A stretch of 64,000 bases of DNA from assembly GCA_036172245.1 (NCBI GenBank), contig JAYWIR010000033.1, positions 682,001-746,000 on the forward strand, read 5' to 3'. Each line of letters begins with the position of its first letter. Within the stretch, counting starts at the first letter, position 1. The position numbers and the translations under genes were made by a program. Shown piece after piece: positions 1-13,500 of this stretch. This stretch comes from Raillietiella orientalis (lineage: Eukaryota). The notes under the pieces are model-generated. The model was not told the DNA's origin. It did no database searches and saw only the letters and a list, made by a program, of their open reading frames with translations.

Positions 1-1742
1 CCTTCCCCATCGGTGACGGCGCGTCGGGCGGTTCACCCTCCGGTGGGGTCGCGCATACCTGTTGGCCCTCCTCCATACGGGTGGGCTGTACAGGGTCCGC
101 GCCGGCAAGGTGGACCTAGCCCCCCTTCTCACCCTTCTCCATGGGGGTGGCCTGCTCGACGACTTCCGCGCGTGAGATTTCCCCCTCCGGGGTTCCCACG
201 CTGCCGTCGGCTTCCTGCTTCTCCTCCTCGCTCGTAAAGGGGAGGCGCCTCCTCGGCTTTTGGGACTTGCGTCCCGTCTTCCGGGAGGGTTCCTCCGACG
301 AGGAGGATGCACTTCCGGTTCCCGGGTCGCACTCAATTGCGGGGGCCTTCTTCGGCGGAGCCGGCCTTCGAAAGGCCTTGCGTGAGGGGTTCTCACGCTC
401 GGCCAGCGTGGCCGCGAGCTCCTCCGCCGCCTGCGCGAAGGCGGCGTCCTCGCTTTCGGCGCGCGCTTCGAGCGGCTCACCCTCTGTGCAAACAGAGGGT
501 TCGTCGTCGCGAACCTCGGGCGCGGCGGAAACGGCAAGGGGAGGCTCGTCGCCCCGGGTGGCAGCCTCGGGGACGACAATCCTTTCGAGTGCCACCGTGC
601 ACTCGCGAAGAGGTTTCGAGCGCGGACCGGGTTTATTCGGTTTCGCGCTCTTATTTCTCTTCGCTCTCGCGGGTTCCACGGGGGGAACTTTTTTTTCTTT
701 TTTGGCCTTTACCAGCTTCCATCCGTCTTCCTCTCCCGCGTCTTCAGCGGGTTTTTCCTCCGATGCCTGGGTGGGAGGAACAGGAGATGGCGACTGGGGC
801 CGGCCAGTTTCGCGATAAGGTCTTTCGACCTTTTTTCTTTTTTAAGTTTGCGCCTTTTTGGCAGCAGGTGGCACCGGGGTGGGGCGTTTGGGGCACACAC
901 GACGAACGTGTCCCTTCACTCCGCACAAGTGGCACTCTATATTCGGGCACCGCTTGCGCAAGTGCCCTACTGCATCGCAGTAGCCACAATAGCGGGGTTT
1001 CCCCACGTACCAGAGGTCGACGGATTCCTTTAGTTTGTGGGACAAGCCACTGCCCTCATTAACCGTTACACGCGCTGCGGCCTGGCCTCCGAAATGGCTA
1101 TTAAAGCCTTCGAAAATGGTAGGCTTTGGCCACAACGCGTATATCTCACCGTATTTACTGAGTTCATTACTCACCGCAGATCGCGTCATGCGGTTCGTAA
1201 TGCCGGTTAGATGGACCACTACGGAGCGGTCCATGCTAACCGGAAGGATCTTCCGGCCATCCACATTCAGCGGGGTGTTAATGAGGCGCTGTGCTTAGGC
1301 TACATCTTTGCAGACGACCTGCACGCGCTGCCCCCCGCTGAGTACGGAGTGACCGTCAAGATCCTCCTCGCGTACAGGGAAATCCTGCAGTGCCCTACTA
1401 AAAGCCCGAGTGGTGCGACCATCAAACAGGGGTCCTACTTTATAAACCAGAGATGGTTTATATCTGGAGGCCCTGTAGGCCGCTTGCTCTGCCAAGGTTT
1501 CCGCGCTCGGTGCGGAAACCATGGCGCTCCACGTCCTTGGCGTTGCCGGGGATGATTCCGGGGCGAACGCCCCTGATTCTGCAGGCTGTGGGGGTGGGCA
1601 AGCCTCCCCCACACCTACCTCCATCGTGGTGTCCTCAAGCATCGTTGCCATCGGACACCAACGATGTTCCACACGAACACACACAAAGAAAAAAGCCGCT
1701 TCCTGTCGACTCGCTCGGGAGCTCAGGAAAAACACGTCCGCT
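1..1742 (-). mobile_element. E1: 5' part (5'UTR + disrupted ORF1) of an L1/Tx1-like non-LTR retrotransposon, running off the left edge; apparently inserted into E2
   Basis: ORF1 pieces 1651->1295, 1264->842 and 679->116 are homologous to E4 ORF1 (MATMLEDTTMEVGVGEA..., CGYCDAVGHLRKRC, CHLCGVKGHVRRVC). 5' motif GGACGTGTTTT at ~1729-1739. Sequence right of ~1743 switches to + strand ORF2 of E2. Boundary is approximate. Confidence 0.85.
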
Positions 1743-4256
1743 CGCCAAGTGAGTTGGGGAGGGGCCGCGTAACGAAAGGTGCTATCTTCAGGCCTGACGT
1801 TACGCGAGAACCCCCGACATGCGCAGGTTAGCAGAGTATCGAGCGGGAGCCGAGAGGCAATCCTAGGAATCCGGGTCGGACAGCTTGCTGGACGACCAGG
1901 GCCTGGAGCACTCGGTTCCCGCTCAGAAACGCGGGATAGTGAGGAAATTTTACTCCTTTCAGTACGCCAGGGCGCCTCCGGAGCAGGCTGTCTCACGACT
2001 TTTGCTTCTGGTAGGTGCTCCAGCAATCGGAGAAAAGGAACCTCGACGAGCCTTTCACGATCGGCGAGATCATCTCGTCCATCGGATACCTCAAGAGGCG
2101 AAAGGCATCAGGGGAGGACGGCTTTCCTGCGGAGTTTCATCCAACTTTCGCGGCAGAGCTTACTCCCCTGGTACATCAGCTGACCTTGCTGGTCCGCGAA
2201 ACAAATGACGTTCTCACCTCGTTTCGTTCAGCAAAGGTGCGGCTCCTCCCTAAGGGAGGAGACCTTAGGAGCATGAACAACTGGCGTCCCATCACAATAG
2301 TGAATGCGGACGCCAAGTTGCTTGCCAAGCTGTGGGCAGAGTGCTTGGGACGGGTCGCCAACATCTTCATCAGCTCGGAACAGACATATGCTGTTCCCGG
2401 GCGAAGTATGGAGGCGAACCTGTTCCACGCTTCCACATGGTTAGAGCTCCAACAAGGAAGGAGCATAATAAGCAACCGGAATTCCGGTGCGTCCGTCGGT
2501 GGGGGACGGGATGGTCGGGATGGAAGAGGAGCCATCGCGGTCGCAGTCGATTTGCATAAAGCATTCGATTGCGTCGACCAGAATCTCCTTTTGGAGCTTC
2601 TGGAACGCTTGGTCTTCCCGGTCACTTTGCTGGCCTACCTGCACTTCAGCTTGCGCGACGCGCTTATTAATGTTTTTTTTAGTGGATCTACCGTGTACGG
2701 CGTACCGGTTTGACGCGGCATACGGCAGAGGGACAGCCACAGCCCCTTGCTCTTCAGCGCCTATTTGGAATTGCTGCTGAGAGCATACAGGGAGACTCTG
2801 GCACACCTGCCGTGCGATTGTCCCGGTACGCCTGCGGTTTCGGCGTACGCGGACGATCTTCTGCTGCTGCTGCCTATGTCCACCCCGGCCTCGGCGCTCG
2901 AGGACTTCTTCGACCTGCTGAGTCGTGGAACAGGACTGACGGTGAACAGGGCGAAGTCGTCCGTAATGCCAGTCGGAGCGGCGTGGGCAGGGCAGCAGGA
3001 CTGGGTCCGTTTGGGGATCCCCACGGTGAGGTACTTCGAGTACCTTGGTGTGCCGTTGGGGGAGTACTCCCCTGCGGAAGCGTGGTCCGGCTGCCTTCAG
3101 AAGGCTCAGGCGGCGATCGGCCCGTTCCAGGACCGCAGGTTCTTCCTGCATGAACGGGCCGCGGCGTGGAACGCGTTGGCAACCCCCCTCCTTCGCCCTT
3201 TGCTTTTTGTTTGCCCCCCCTCAGCGGAGTCAAAGAAGAGGACGAAGGACCTCCTGAGGATCGCCCTTTGGGGCAGAGGAAGGCCCCGAGTCCGTCTTTC
3301 GGACTTGTGCGCTCCTCGTCGGGATGGTGGTCTGGGCCTCCTGACGTTGAAGCGGCTGGAGCTACAGCTCCAGTTCCGAGTTGTCGCCTTTATGGCAGAA
3401 AATTGGTGCACCTTATGGTGCCTCACTGCAGGTCTCTTCGTCGAGGGGGCCACCGGCAATGCGGGACTCTCGTCCTACTTTGCAGTCCGAAGCCCCATCT
3501 GCCACTGAGGACTTCAACTTCGGAGGGCGGCCAAGCTCGTGAAGAACAACTCGGCGCGGATCCTCGTACGCCCCGCGAACAGTCCTGCCTGGCTGCAGGA
3601 AACCGTGCGGACGTGGGCGATGATTCAGACGCAGAGCCCGCAACACGAGCGAATAGCTGTGTTCGGGCCGCATGCCCACCGCACGCTCCGAGAAATCCTC
3701 GAGGATCCTCGAAGGAGAGCGTGGGCTCAAAGAACCTTCCTTGCTGCGGTACTGCATACCCTACGGGAACATCTGGGCAGCGACGTCGCAGCACAATGGG
3801 ATGTTACTGTCAAGATCGCCAGCAGGGCAAAGAAGATCGGGGATTGGAGTACGGGTTAGCTCACCAACGCTGCGACCCCGAGGACCACCCCAAATGGACT
3901 CTTGCGCTAGGGAGAGCTACTGGATGTTCCAGAGGAACATCTCGAGTGGCCCTCGGTGCTCATGGACTCGCGCACCCTCCCCATGAAGTGGCAACAGTCG
4001 GCACTGCTTTTACACCCGGGTGCGCCGGGGCGTTTATTTCTTTAATAAAAAAAATAAACAAGCAAGTGTAGGGCTATCGCCCCTACAGTGTTCAGAACAT
4101 GTTCTTCTGAACTCGCCGAGTGGGCAGCACTCAGGCTCCCAAGGTCGACTCGGCAGCGGAGGGGGAAGGGACAAATAGAAAAAAGCAAAAAGAAAACACT
4201 ATTTACAAAAGCAGGGAGGGGTTGGGGAAGGGATCACGTTCCGCTGGAGACGTCCT

Positions 4257-7200
4257 CTACATCCTTTGCAGGATGCCGGCAAGTTCAAACTGCATGTGTC
4301 CCAGATGGGTCCATCTGGCTGCCGTCCTCAGGAAGCGCAGGGCGTAGCACAAGATGTCCCTATCGTTCGGTCCACCAGTGGCGGTGCTCCAAGCCGCTAC
4401 AATCCCTCGTAGGCAGCAGAGGGCTGCAAGGGCTGCGGCAGGCGAAAGGGCGTCGCGCACGAAGAGGCGCTTTAAAATGTCTCTGGGAGCGTGCAAGGGT
4501 GCACCAACGGCTGTTGCAAAGCGCAACCACAGGGGCCGGAGGGCAACACAGTCAACGAGCAGGTGCGGGACAGTTTCTCGTTCGCCGCACCTGACACAGT
4601 TTGGGTCCACAACCCCCCTCGTCCAATGAGAGCGGCGGGCGTTGCTGGGGAGTCCCCAGTGCAACACCAGGAACGCCGACTCCTGCCACTTTAGGGGGAG
4701 GGCCCGAGTATTCCTCAGCACTGGGGGCCACTCGAGTTCATCCCGCGGGATGCACAGCAGCTCGCCCCAGCGCAACAGTCCTCTCGGTGGGGAATTTGGG
4801 ATCGCGGCATCAGCAAGCTGACCCGTGGTCCAACCACCTTGTTCTTTCTCAGTGTCCCTGATCGTACACCGGACCTCCCACATGGCCGGCTGGCTACTGC
4901 CCAGATGTTCCTTGAGGTGGGACAGAGCTGTGGCAAGGGAGGTCCTCTCAGCCCACGCACTCAAGGCGGGCTGCACGATGATGTCCTGCAGCGAGCGGCT
5001 CTTATGATAGGAGTGCAGCATTCGCTGCCGCAACTTCAGGCTCGCTTCCTCGATCTGGGCCCACGTGCGAAGGCTTTCCTGCAACCAGGAAGTGCCGTTC
5101 GCGGGCCGGCAGGAGATCCAGGTGTTCTTCCTGGTCAGCTTCGCCACTCGCCGAAGAGCCAGTCCGCAGTGGAACAGGTACCGGCGTTTGCGGCGCACTA
5201 GGAAGGTAGATAGTCCCGCGCAGCCGCCGACTCGCTGAACCAGGCATCGTGCAGGCTCGCACCAGCTGGCGCTCCACAACTTCGCCACTAGGGCGATTGT
5301 TCGGAACTGCAGCTGCAGTTCGAGGCGCTCCAGCGTGAGGAGGCCAAGGCCCCCATCGCGACGAGGGGCGCACAAGTCCTTCCAACGCGCGCGGGGCCTT
5401 CCTCTGCCCCAGATGCCGATTCTGAGGAGGTCCTTTGTACGTGTTCTCACACCACGGGGTGGGGGACGAACAAAAAGCAAGGAGCGAAACAGAAAAGGCC
5501 GGGAAAGGGGCCACGAAAGTGTTCCACAGCACGGCCCGTTCCGGCAAGAAGAACTTGGCATCCAGTAACGGGCCGATCGCTCTCTCGACCTTTTGGAGGC
5601 AGCAAGACCATTGTTCCGCTGGGGAGTAGTCCCCCAACGGCACACCGAGGTACTTAAGGTACCGTACCGTGGGGATCCCCAAGCGAGACCAGTCTAGCTG
5701 CCCTGCCCACGAGGAACCGACTGCAACAACAAACGACTTTGCTCTGTTCACCTCCAGTCCTGTCCCGCGACGCAGCAGCTCGAAAAAGTTTTCGACCGCC
5801 GACGCCGGGGTGGACATGGGGAGCAGCAGCAGAAGATCGTCCGCATACGCCGCCAAGGCCGGTGTACCTGGGCACACGCGCGGCAGGCGACCAAGAGTCT
5901 CCCTGAATGCCCTCAGCACCAACTCGAAGTAGGTGCTGAAGAGCAAGGGGCTCAAGCTATCACCCTGCCGTATCCCGCGGCGCACCGGCACACCGAACAC
6001 GTTCCTTCCCCTGAAAGAAATGTTGGTCAGCGCGTCGCCCCAGCAAGAGCGCAGAAAGGCCAATAAGGAGGCCGGGAAGCCCAAGCGCTCCAGAAGCTCC
6101 AGCAGGAGCTCCTGGTCGACACTGTCGAATGCTTTCCGCAAATCGACAGCGACCGCGAGGGCCCCTTCTCTCTCCCGACTATCCCGCGAACCACCAGCGG
6201 ACGTCTTGCAAATCGGGCTGCCGACCTTGTTCCCTCCATTCATTCTGGTTCTTTGAAGTTCGAACCAGGTGTTCGCGAAGAGCAGGTTGGCGTCCATGCT
6301 TCGCCCGGGAACAGCGTGTGTCTGCTCCGGGCTGATGAAGCTTTCCGCCACCCGCCCCATTCGCTTCGACCATAGCTTCGCAACCAGCTTGGCGTCCGCG
6401 TTCAGTACGGTTATCGGACGCCAATTGCTGAGGTTCCGTAAGTCTCCTCCTTTCGGTAGGAGACGCATACATGCCGATCGGAAGGAGGCGGGAACGTCTC
6501 CTGTCTCCCGGATCAGCAGCGTTAGCCGCTGCACCAGGGGAGCCAGCTCCGCCGCGAAGCACTGAAAAAACTCCGCGGGCAGGCCGTCTTCCCCCGGTGA
6601 CTTCCGCCTTTTGAGCTTCCCGATTGAGGTGATGATTTCACCCATCGTGAAAGGCTCGTCCAGGCGTACTCTCTCTTCTTCCCCGATCGCCGGGGCACCG
6701 TCCGGAAGCAAAAATTGGGAAAATTCCCGGTCCGGAGGCACCCTGGTGTACAGGGAAGAATAATAGCCGTGCACGAGGCTACTCACCTCTGCCGGGGCCG
6801 AGTGCTCTTGGCCTTCGTCGTCCAGCAGGCTGGGCGACCCCGATTGCCAGGCCTGCCGCTCGGCCCCGGCTTTAAATTCCGCCAGTCTTCGGACGTCTGG
6901 TGTTCGGGAGTAACGACGGGCCTGCAGGTAAGCCCTATCGTTCCGAACACCTTCTCCAAATCCTTTCGGGAGACGGTCCATGGGAAACTGTTGGCAGAAC
7001 TCTCGCACCGAGACTTTCAAATCGTCCCAGTCGTCGAGCGTCTGCAGGCTGCAACCTCGCAAGAACGCGCGGAGGTGTTCCGCTGCGCCTGGCTTGGTCA
7101 GCCAGTCCCCCGGTAGACGCCACGCCTGCGCGGGGGGCCCCCTGTCGCGCGGGCGAATGACGAGTTCCACACGGGAGTGGTCGGAGACTGCGGACTGTAT

Positions 7201-7836
7201 CTTACCTCGCCTGCCCACGCGACAGCGCAGGTGATCGTCGAGGAAGACGTGGTCCACGCTCCGTTCCATCCTGGTATCCCCGGCTAACAAGTTGGATGCG
7301 TGCACCGCAGCGCACATCTCGTTAACCGGGGTGGCCTCTGTCCTCGCCGCACCTGATAGCAGGCGAATATTAAAATCGCCGGCTATCAGGTGCGCCGTGC
7401 GCGCGCCTGCCTCCGACAGCCAGTCGCGCTTGAACGCACGGAAAAACGCCGTCCGTGCCACGCGCGCGTGACCGCCGCTCGGCGCGTACACGTTCGTGAC
7501 GACGAGATTGATGGAGTCGGACCACCTGAAGGTGATTTGCCCGACCCGACCTGCCTCATCGAAACGAACTTTCCGCACCGCGCGTTGTAAGGCAGGCTTC
7601 AGAAGGAAAGCGACCCCGCGCGTACGGCGGTGGCGGCATCGCCACATAAGCTGACCACCTGCTATCCGTTCGATCTCCCGCGCATGTTCTGCGGAAATCT
7701 CATGGATCTCCTGCAGCAGCACGAGGTCGAAGGCTTGCAAGGTGGCAGCTATGTCTCGTCTCCTGCCGTCATCGCAAAGCCCGTTGACGTTCCAGCTGGC
7801 GATGCGTATTTGACGGCAGGTGGCGAGTCCCGGCAT
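4257..7836 (-). pseudogene. E3 ORF2 (APE endonuclease-reverse transcriptase-Zn finger), one frameshifting indel near 5490-5510
   Basis: SWNVNG, LQE, NVYAP, GDFN, DH and SDH (APE); WRPI, DLRKAFD, GIRQGDSLSP, YADD, YLG (RT); CVRCGE..HLLVDC. Split between ORFs 5002..7836 and 4257..5645. Confidence 0.92.
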
Positions 7837-9435
7837 TACTGCTGGGAAAGTGATGCTGCGTCTCCCGCCTCACCTAGGGGCGGGACGCCGGCTTTCTCCT
7901 GTGCGGTGGGGGGCGGCTCGACGACCCCCTCCGTCTCCATCGGCTCCGTCTCGACCGATCGTGGGAGTTCAGGACTCGTGTCCATCTCTCCCACGCTCGC
8001 CGCACCCTCGTTTCCGGAGGATTCCCCTTCCTCGGAGGAGACGATCCTCCTCGGGTTACGGATTTTCCTTCCGGTCTTCCTCGGGGGTGCAGATGCGGAT
8101 GGTGCGTGTCCGGTCTCCAGGTCCGAGTCCGAGGTCCCGGTCCCCCTCCTCTCGGCCGGACGTCGAACGGCCTTCTTCCCGACCTTTGCGGGAGGCTGCT
8201 GACTGGCGGCGAGCTCGGCGGCGGCTTTTGCAAAGCCAGCGTCATCGCGGCTCCCCCTCGCCGCAGCCCTCGGACGCTGTTTGCACAGCGACGGGGCTGT
8301 CAGCGTTGTTGCACACGGCAACGTCCTGTTCGCACGGCACTTCGGCGTCTGCAAGGCGCTCCAGTGCGACCGTGCATTTTTTCAGTCCCTGCTTTTTCGC
8401 GGGTTTCGCGGTTTTTGCAGGGACTTTATTTTCATTATTTACGTCCTTTTTTTCTTTCTTTTTCTTTGGACAGATCTTTTGCCAGCCAGGCTCTTCTCCT
8501 TCCACCTCGGTTGCCTGCGTTTCTGCAGACGGGGTGGTCGGGATGCCCTTTTTGGCTGGCTCCGGGTCAACCGTATTTTCAGACGGCGGCCTGGTCTTGC
8601 CAGGCTTCTTGCTCGCGTTCGTGCCGCTCACGGCAGCAGCCGGCGCGCGCGAAGTCTTTTTGGGGCACACTTCTTCCGTGTGCCCGATTGCCTCGCACTT
8701 GCGGCAGGTGATGTTGGGGCAGCGTTTCTTCACGTGCCCCGTACCATCACAAAACGCACAGTATTTGGGTTTCCCCAGATACCAGATGTCGACAGAATCT
8801 CCGTCGACTACTAGTTTATGGGGAACCCCAATGTCCTTATTCACAGTCACACGTGCCGCGGCGAGTCCGCTCAGGAGTCCGTCATAAGTACGGAACCTGT
8901 TGGGCTTCAGCCACAGCGCGTGTACGGTGCCGAATTTGCTGAGTTCAGCCCTAACGGCGCTCGGTGACATCCGCACGGTGATTCCACGGAGGTGGACAAC
9001 TATTGAGTTGTCCACCGGGACAGAGAAGATCTGGCGGCCCTCGACCCTGACGGGGGTTCGCAGCAGTATTTGCGCCAACCATGCTTCTTTGCAGGTCAAC
9101 TCGACATGCTGTCCCCCGCTGCGGATGTAGAGACCCAGCAGATCCTCCTTGTTAACGTTCAAACGGTGGAGCTCCTTCTCGAAGGAGCGCGCCACACGGT
9201 CATCAAACACCCGGCCTACCTTATACAGCAGACTCGGGTTGTAGTCGTAGGCCTTGTAGGCCTGGGCCTCGGCGATGGCCGCTGCAGATGGCGCGGCGAC
9301 CGCGGCGCTGTAGTCCCTCGCCGGCGCGGGGGACGAAGCTTTCGGGGCAGGTGCCCCTATCTCCATGGGTACGGGGGACGTTCGCCCGGCCCCCACCCCA
9401 CATTCACTAGTAGCGGGATCAGGCATTTCTGCCAT
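7836..9435 (-). pseudogene. E3 ORF1 (gag-like, 2 CCHC zinc knuckles), one frameshift near 8245
   Basis: ATG 9435 (MAEMPDPATSE...), CAFCDGTGHVKKRC and CRKCEAIGHTEEVC. Continues in the 7836..8354 frame to TAA at 7836-7838, which overlaps the ORF2 ATG. Confidence 0.85.
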
Positions 9436-10516
9436 CCCCCGACCACTGATGCACCGCACTACACCAATAAAGTCGAGCGAGTCAGGAGCGCGCAGAGAAC
9501 ACGTCTGACCGTCGGCACTGCTGGTGTTGCATTGGGGGCTTCCTTGCAACGCCCGCCGACACCACTGGACGCGGAGGGGTGTCAACCCTAATTGTGTCAG
9601 GTGCGGGGAGAGGGAACACCTCCCCCACCTGTTAGTGGATTGTGTTGCCCTCCGTCCCTTGTGGGAACGCTTTGCCGCAGCCCTGGGGATCCCCGGAGGC
9701 ACCCCCAGAGACGCTTTGCGCCCCCTCTTCGTCCGTGACGCCCTGCCTCCAGCGGCCTCGCTTGCAGCCCTGTGCTGCCTACGCGGGATCGTCGTGGCAT
9801 GGAGCAAAGCGACGGGAGGATCCAGCGACAGGGATGCCAACGTGTATGCCGCCCGTTTCCTCTGGATGGCGACGCGATGGAACTATCTGGAACCACACAC
9901 GCAGCAACAGCTTGCCGGCATCCTCCAGAGGATGACGGACCCTCCCAGCAGACTGTGATCCCTTCCCGCTCCCTCCCTGATTTTTGTTTATTTTTTTTGT
10001 TTTCTTTTTGTTTCGTTCCCCCTCCCCTCTGCTGCCGAGGTCGACCGCGCCAGTCTGATCACCGGTAGCCCGGCAAGCTATATCTTTCCAGGGCGTGGCT
10101 GGACTACTAGTCCGGTCACAGATTGTATAGGTTTATTCGTGAGAATAAACGTCCCGGCGCACCCGGGTTTCAATGGAGATTCCGGAGCGTGACGCCTCTC
10201 AGGTATTCGCGAAGGTGTTCCTTCGCACCTGAGAGTCGCGTCCAGTCCCCCGGCAGACGCCAGTCTCTGGATGGCGGTCCCTTGTCGCGAGGCCGCATCT
10301 CGAAAATTAACCGGGAATGGTCCGACAACGTTGACGCAACCCTCCCCCGTTTGCCGACCCGTGAACACAGGTCAGCGTCGAGGAAGACGTGGTCGATGCT
10401 GCGGACCATTCCCCTCTCACCCGCGAACAAGTTGCGCGCACGCATGGCGGCGCACAACTCGTTCATCGCGTTCACGTGTGTTTCCGGCTCACCTGTTAGC
10501 AGGCGGAGATTGAAAT

Positions 10517-13500
10517 TTATCACCCGGTCACGCCGGGGCGTTTATTAATAATAATAAACTGGTCAGGGACAATGTCCCCAACCAAGAGAACGACAGAGAA
10601 CATAGAAAAATTACCGGCACGCAGGCCTGGTAAACAAACCGCTCGCAGCGTGGGGGGAATGAGGGGAAACAAACGAAAATCAAAAACTGGAGGAAAGGGT
10701 AACGGGTTTTTGGTTAGGCTCCGTACTCACGGGGATTTAAACGATGAGCACCTAGAATATTCCAAAGCCTATGGGGACGCGGGTATAAAAAGAAAATACA
10801 AAATTAGTTTATGGAGGGTAGGGCAATGATCACCGGGTTGGCCGCTGCTGAGGGTGTGTAAACCGGCGGTGTATTGCGGCGAGATTACTTTTTGTCTCCT
10901 ATGTCAAATGAGGCCATCTAGCGGATGCTCCCATGTAGACGGATGCTTTGCTGATTACCTCTTGGTGCTGTCCGTTGATTACCAACGCCTGGCGAACGGA
11001 AACTATCGCGCGTATGCAACCGATGGTTGCAATCCTTCCGCTTAGTGACAGCCCGCTCGGCGTGAAGAATCGTCGCAGCAAGTCTCTTGCGGTGTCCACG
11101 GGATGCATTAGTGCTGTTGTCAGCCTACGCCACAGTCCTTGTAGGCGACCGCAGTCCAGAAGTAGGTGCGGAATCGACTCCGTCGATCCGCACCGAACGC
11201 AGTTCGCAGACGCAAGTCCCCCGGAGCCACGATGCCAACGCTCGTAGCACTGAAAACCCCAGTGAACGAAAAGCAGCACGGCTTGTTACCAAGCAAGGGG
11301 GAGCAGCGAACTGTCAATACACTGTGGAGAGACTACAAGTTCTTCGGGGGTGACAGCAAGTGATTCTGCCCACCGGAGGAGTCCCTTTGCAGTAACACGA
11401 GGAGTGGCGTCGTCCGCCAACTCACTCGTCTTCCAGGCGCCAAGGATTTTGGTTTTTCCCGCTATCGTGCAGGAAACCTCCCACCTCGCCGGTTAGTAAC
11501 TGTGGTTTCTTGCACTGAAGGCAGACAGCGCTGCGGCAAGAGGCGTGGCAGCCAGGGTAGAAAACTTCAACTCGTCCTGCAGTACTTCTTCCAAGGATCG
11601 TGGAAAAAATTGGCGCAGGGGGCGAAGATCTTTAGAGCGTATTCCTTTGAACGCCGCCCAGGATTCAACAGACTCCTGCCGCCAAGCTTCAAAGTTCATT
11701 GGGAGGCAGGAGATCCACGAGTGAGCTTCCAGAAGTGCGGTCAACTGCCGCAATGGAAACCCGAAACCCCGCTTCCTGTATTGAGTGCCCGGCAAAAGCG
11801 AGAGAAATTCTCCGCTGCCGGCGCATCTCCGCAGGAGAGTGCGGGCTGGCACACACAGGGGGAATGTCCATAGCTGGGCACACAGTGCCAGCAGTCGGAA
11901 CTGCACCTGCAGTCCGATTCGCTCCATTGTCAAGATACCCAAACCAGCATCCCGACGCGGAGCTAACAAATCTTTAAGGCGGATCCTGGATCTCGCCGGA
12001 CCCCAGAGAGCGTTCCTGAGCAGGCGTTTAGCCCGCTGTTTTGCCGCATAGGGGGGGTCCAAAACAAAAAACAGGGGACGGAGGAGGGGGGCCACAAGGG
12101 TGTTCCAAATAGTCGCCCGTTCCTGCAAGGTAAACTTGCCGTTAAAGAACGGGCTGATGGCCAACTCTGCTTTCTGAAGACAGTCCGCTCACGCTTCGGC
12201 TGCGCCGAAAGCGCCCAACGGAACGCCAAGGTACTTAAAGTACCCGCCCGTGGGGATCCCCAGGCGGATCCAGTCGGACTGCCCCTCCCACGACGTACCC
12301 ACAGGAACGACCACGCTCTTCTCTCTGTTCACGCTCACGCCAGCTCCCCGACGAATCAGGTCGAAGAAATCCTCGACACTGGACGCCGGGGTGGACATGG
12401 GGTGCAGAAGAAGCAGGTCATCAGCGTAGGCGGCCACGGCAGGCGTTCCCGGGCAGGAGCTTGGCAGGTGAGACAGCGTCAGCCTGTATGCTCTTAGCAC
12501 CAACTCAAAGAAGATGCTGAAGAGCAACGGGCTTAAGCTGTCGCCCTGTCGGATGCCCCTACGAACGGGAATACCATACACGCGGCAGCCGCTGAAAGTA
12601 ATGCAGGTTAGCGCGTGGCGCCAGCACGCGAGCAAATACAGCAGGAGTTGCGCCGGGAACCCAAGGCGTTCCATAAGCTCCAAAAGCAGCTTCTGGTTTA
12701 CGCAGTCGAACGCCTTGTGGAGATCGACCGCGACCGCCAAGGCACCTGGCGTTCCCTCCTGCCGTCGGCGCCTGTTCTTCTTGCCTGTGGCAGTGACTTT
12801 CGCAGCAGCCTGGCTTTGCTGCGCCACAACTTCCTGCAGCTGCATCCATGTACGCGCGAAAAGGATGTTCGCCTCCATGGATCGTCCCGGAACCGCGTAG
12901 GTTTGTTCCGGGCTCACCACAGATTCCGCGATACTTCCTAACCGCGCGACCCACAGCTTGAAAAACAACTTGACATCCGAGTTCACCAAGGTGATCGGAC
13001 GCCAGTTCTTAAGTTGACGCAAGTCTCCGCCTTTCGTCAGGAGACGAACCTTTGCTGAGCGAAAGGAATCCGGGACATTCCCGGATTCACTCATCAGCGT
13101 CGCGAGTTTCAGCATCAAGGGAATGAGCTCCACTGCAAAGCACTGATAAAACTCTGCAGGGAGCCCATCCTCGCCTGGCGCCTTTCGTCTCTTCAGCCCA
13201 GCGATTGCGGACGAAAATTCATCCGCCGTGAAGGGCTCGTTGAGACGTTCGCGTTCCTCCTCGCCGACAACACGAGCATCCTGAGACAGGAGTATCTCAG
13301 AAAGAATATCCTCCGTCGGGGATTCCGCGTACAGAGAGGAGTAGTAGCGTCTCACAATGCGGCGTACTTCGGCTTGGGCCGAACATTCCTGGCCCTTGTC
13401 GTCCAACAGGCATGCTGCTCCGGACTGCCAGACCTGGCGCTCGGCCCTCGCCTTGTACTCTGCGAGACGCCCGACATCGGCGCGTCTCGAAAACGTGCGG

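Larger units (their letters stand above)
4009..9510 (-). mobile_element. E3: full-length (~5.5 kb) L1/Tx1-like element inserted antisense into E2
   Basis: Flanked by a perfect 12-bp TSD GTCGGCACTGCT (3997-4008 and 9511-9522). 5' end GGTCAGACGTGTT; 3' end AATAAACGCCCCGGCGCACCCGGGTGTAAA. Contains ORF1 and ORF2. Confidence 0.95.
1743..10172 (+). mobile_element. E2: 3' two-thirds of a decayed L1/Tx1-like element (RT to 3' end), split by E3 (E2 parts 1743-4008 and 9523-10172)
   Basis: RT motifs NWRPITIVN, DLHKAFD, AYADD in frameshifted ORFs 2015-3508. The frame KWQQSAL|LVLHWGLPCN rejoins across E3. Zn finger CVRCGE..HLLVDC, stop at 9958. 3' terminus AATAAACGTCCCGGCGCACCCGGGT at 10144-10168. Confidence 0.9.

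Noticed and set aside
8242..9840. 532-aa ORF as a single protein (likewise 1295..2026, 15888..16460, 23907..25415, 35586..37397)
   Set aside because: Chimeric read-through across element junctions. The true starts and ends are set by the TSDs and by homology among copies.
10020..10120. Hammerhead or HDV ribozyme in the 3'UTRs (CTGATCA in E2)
   Set aside because: No CUGANGA + GAAA core, and the motif is not conserved in sibling elements.
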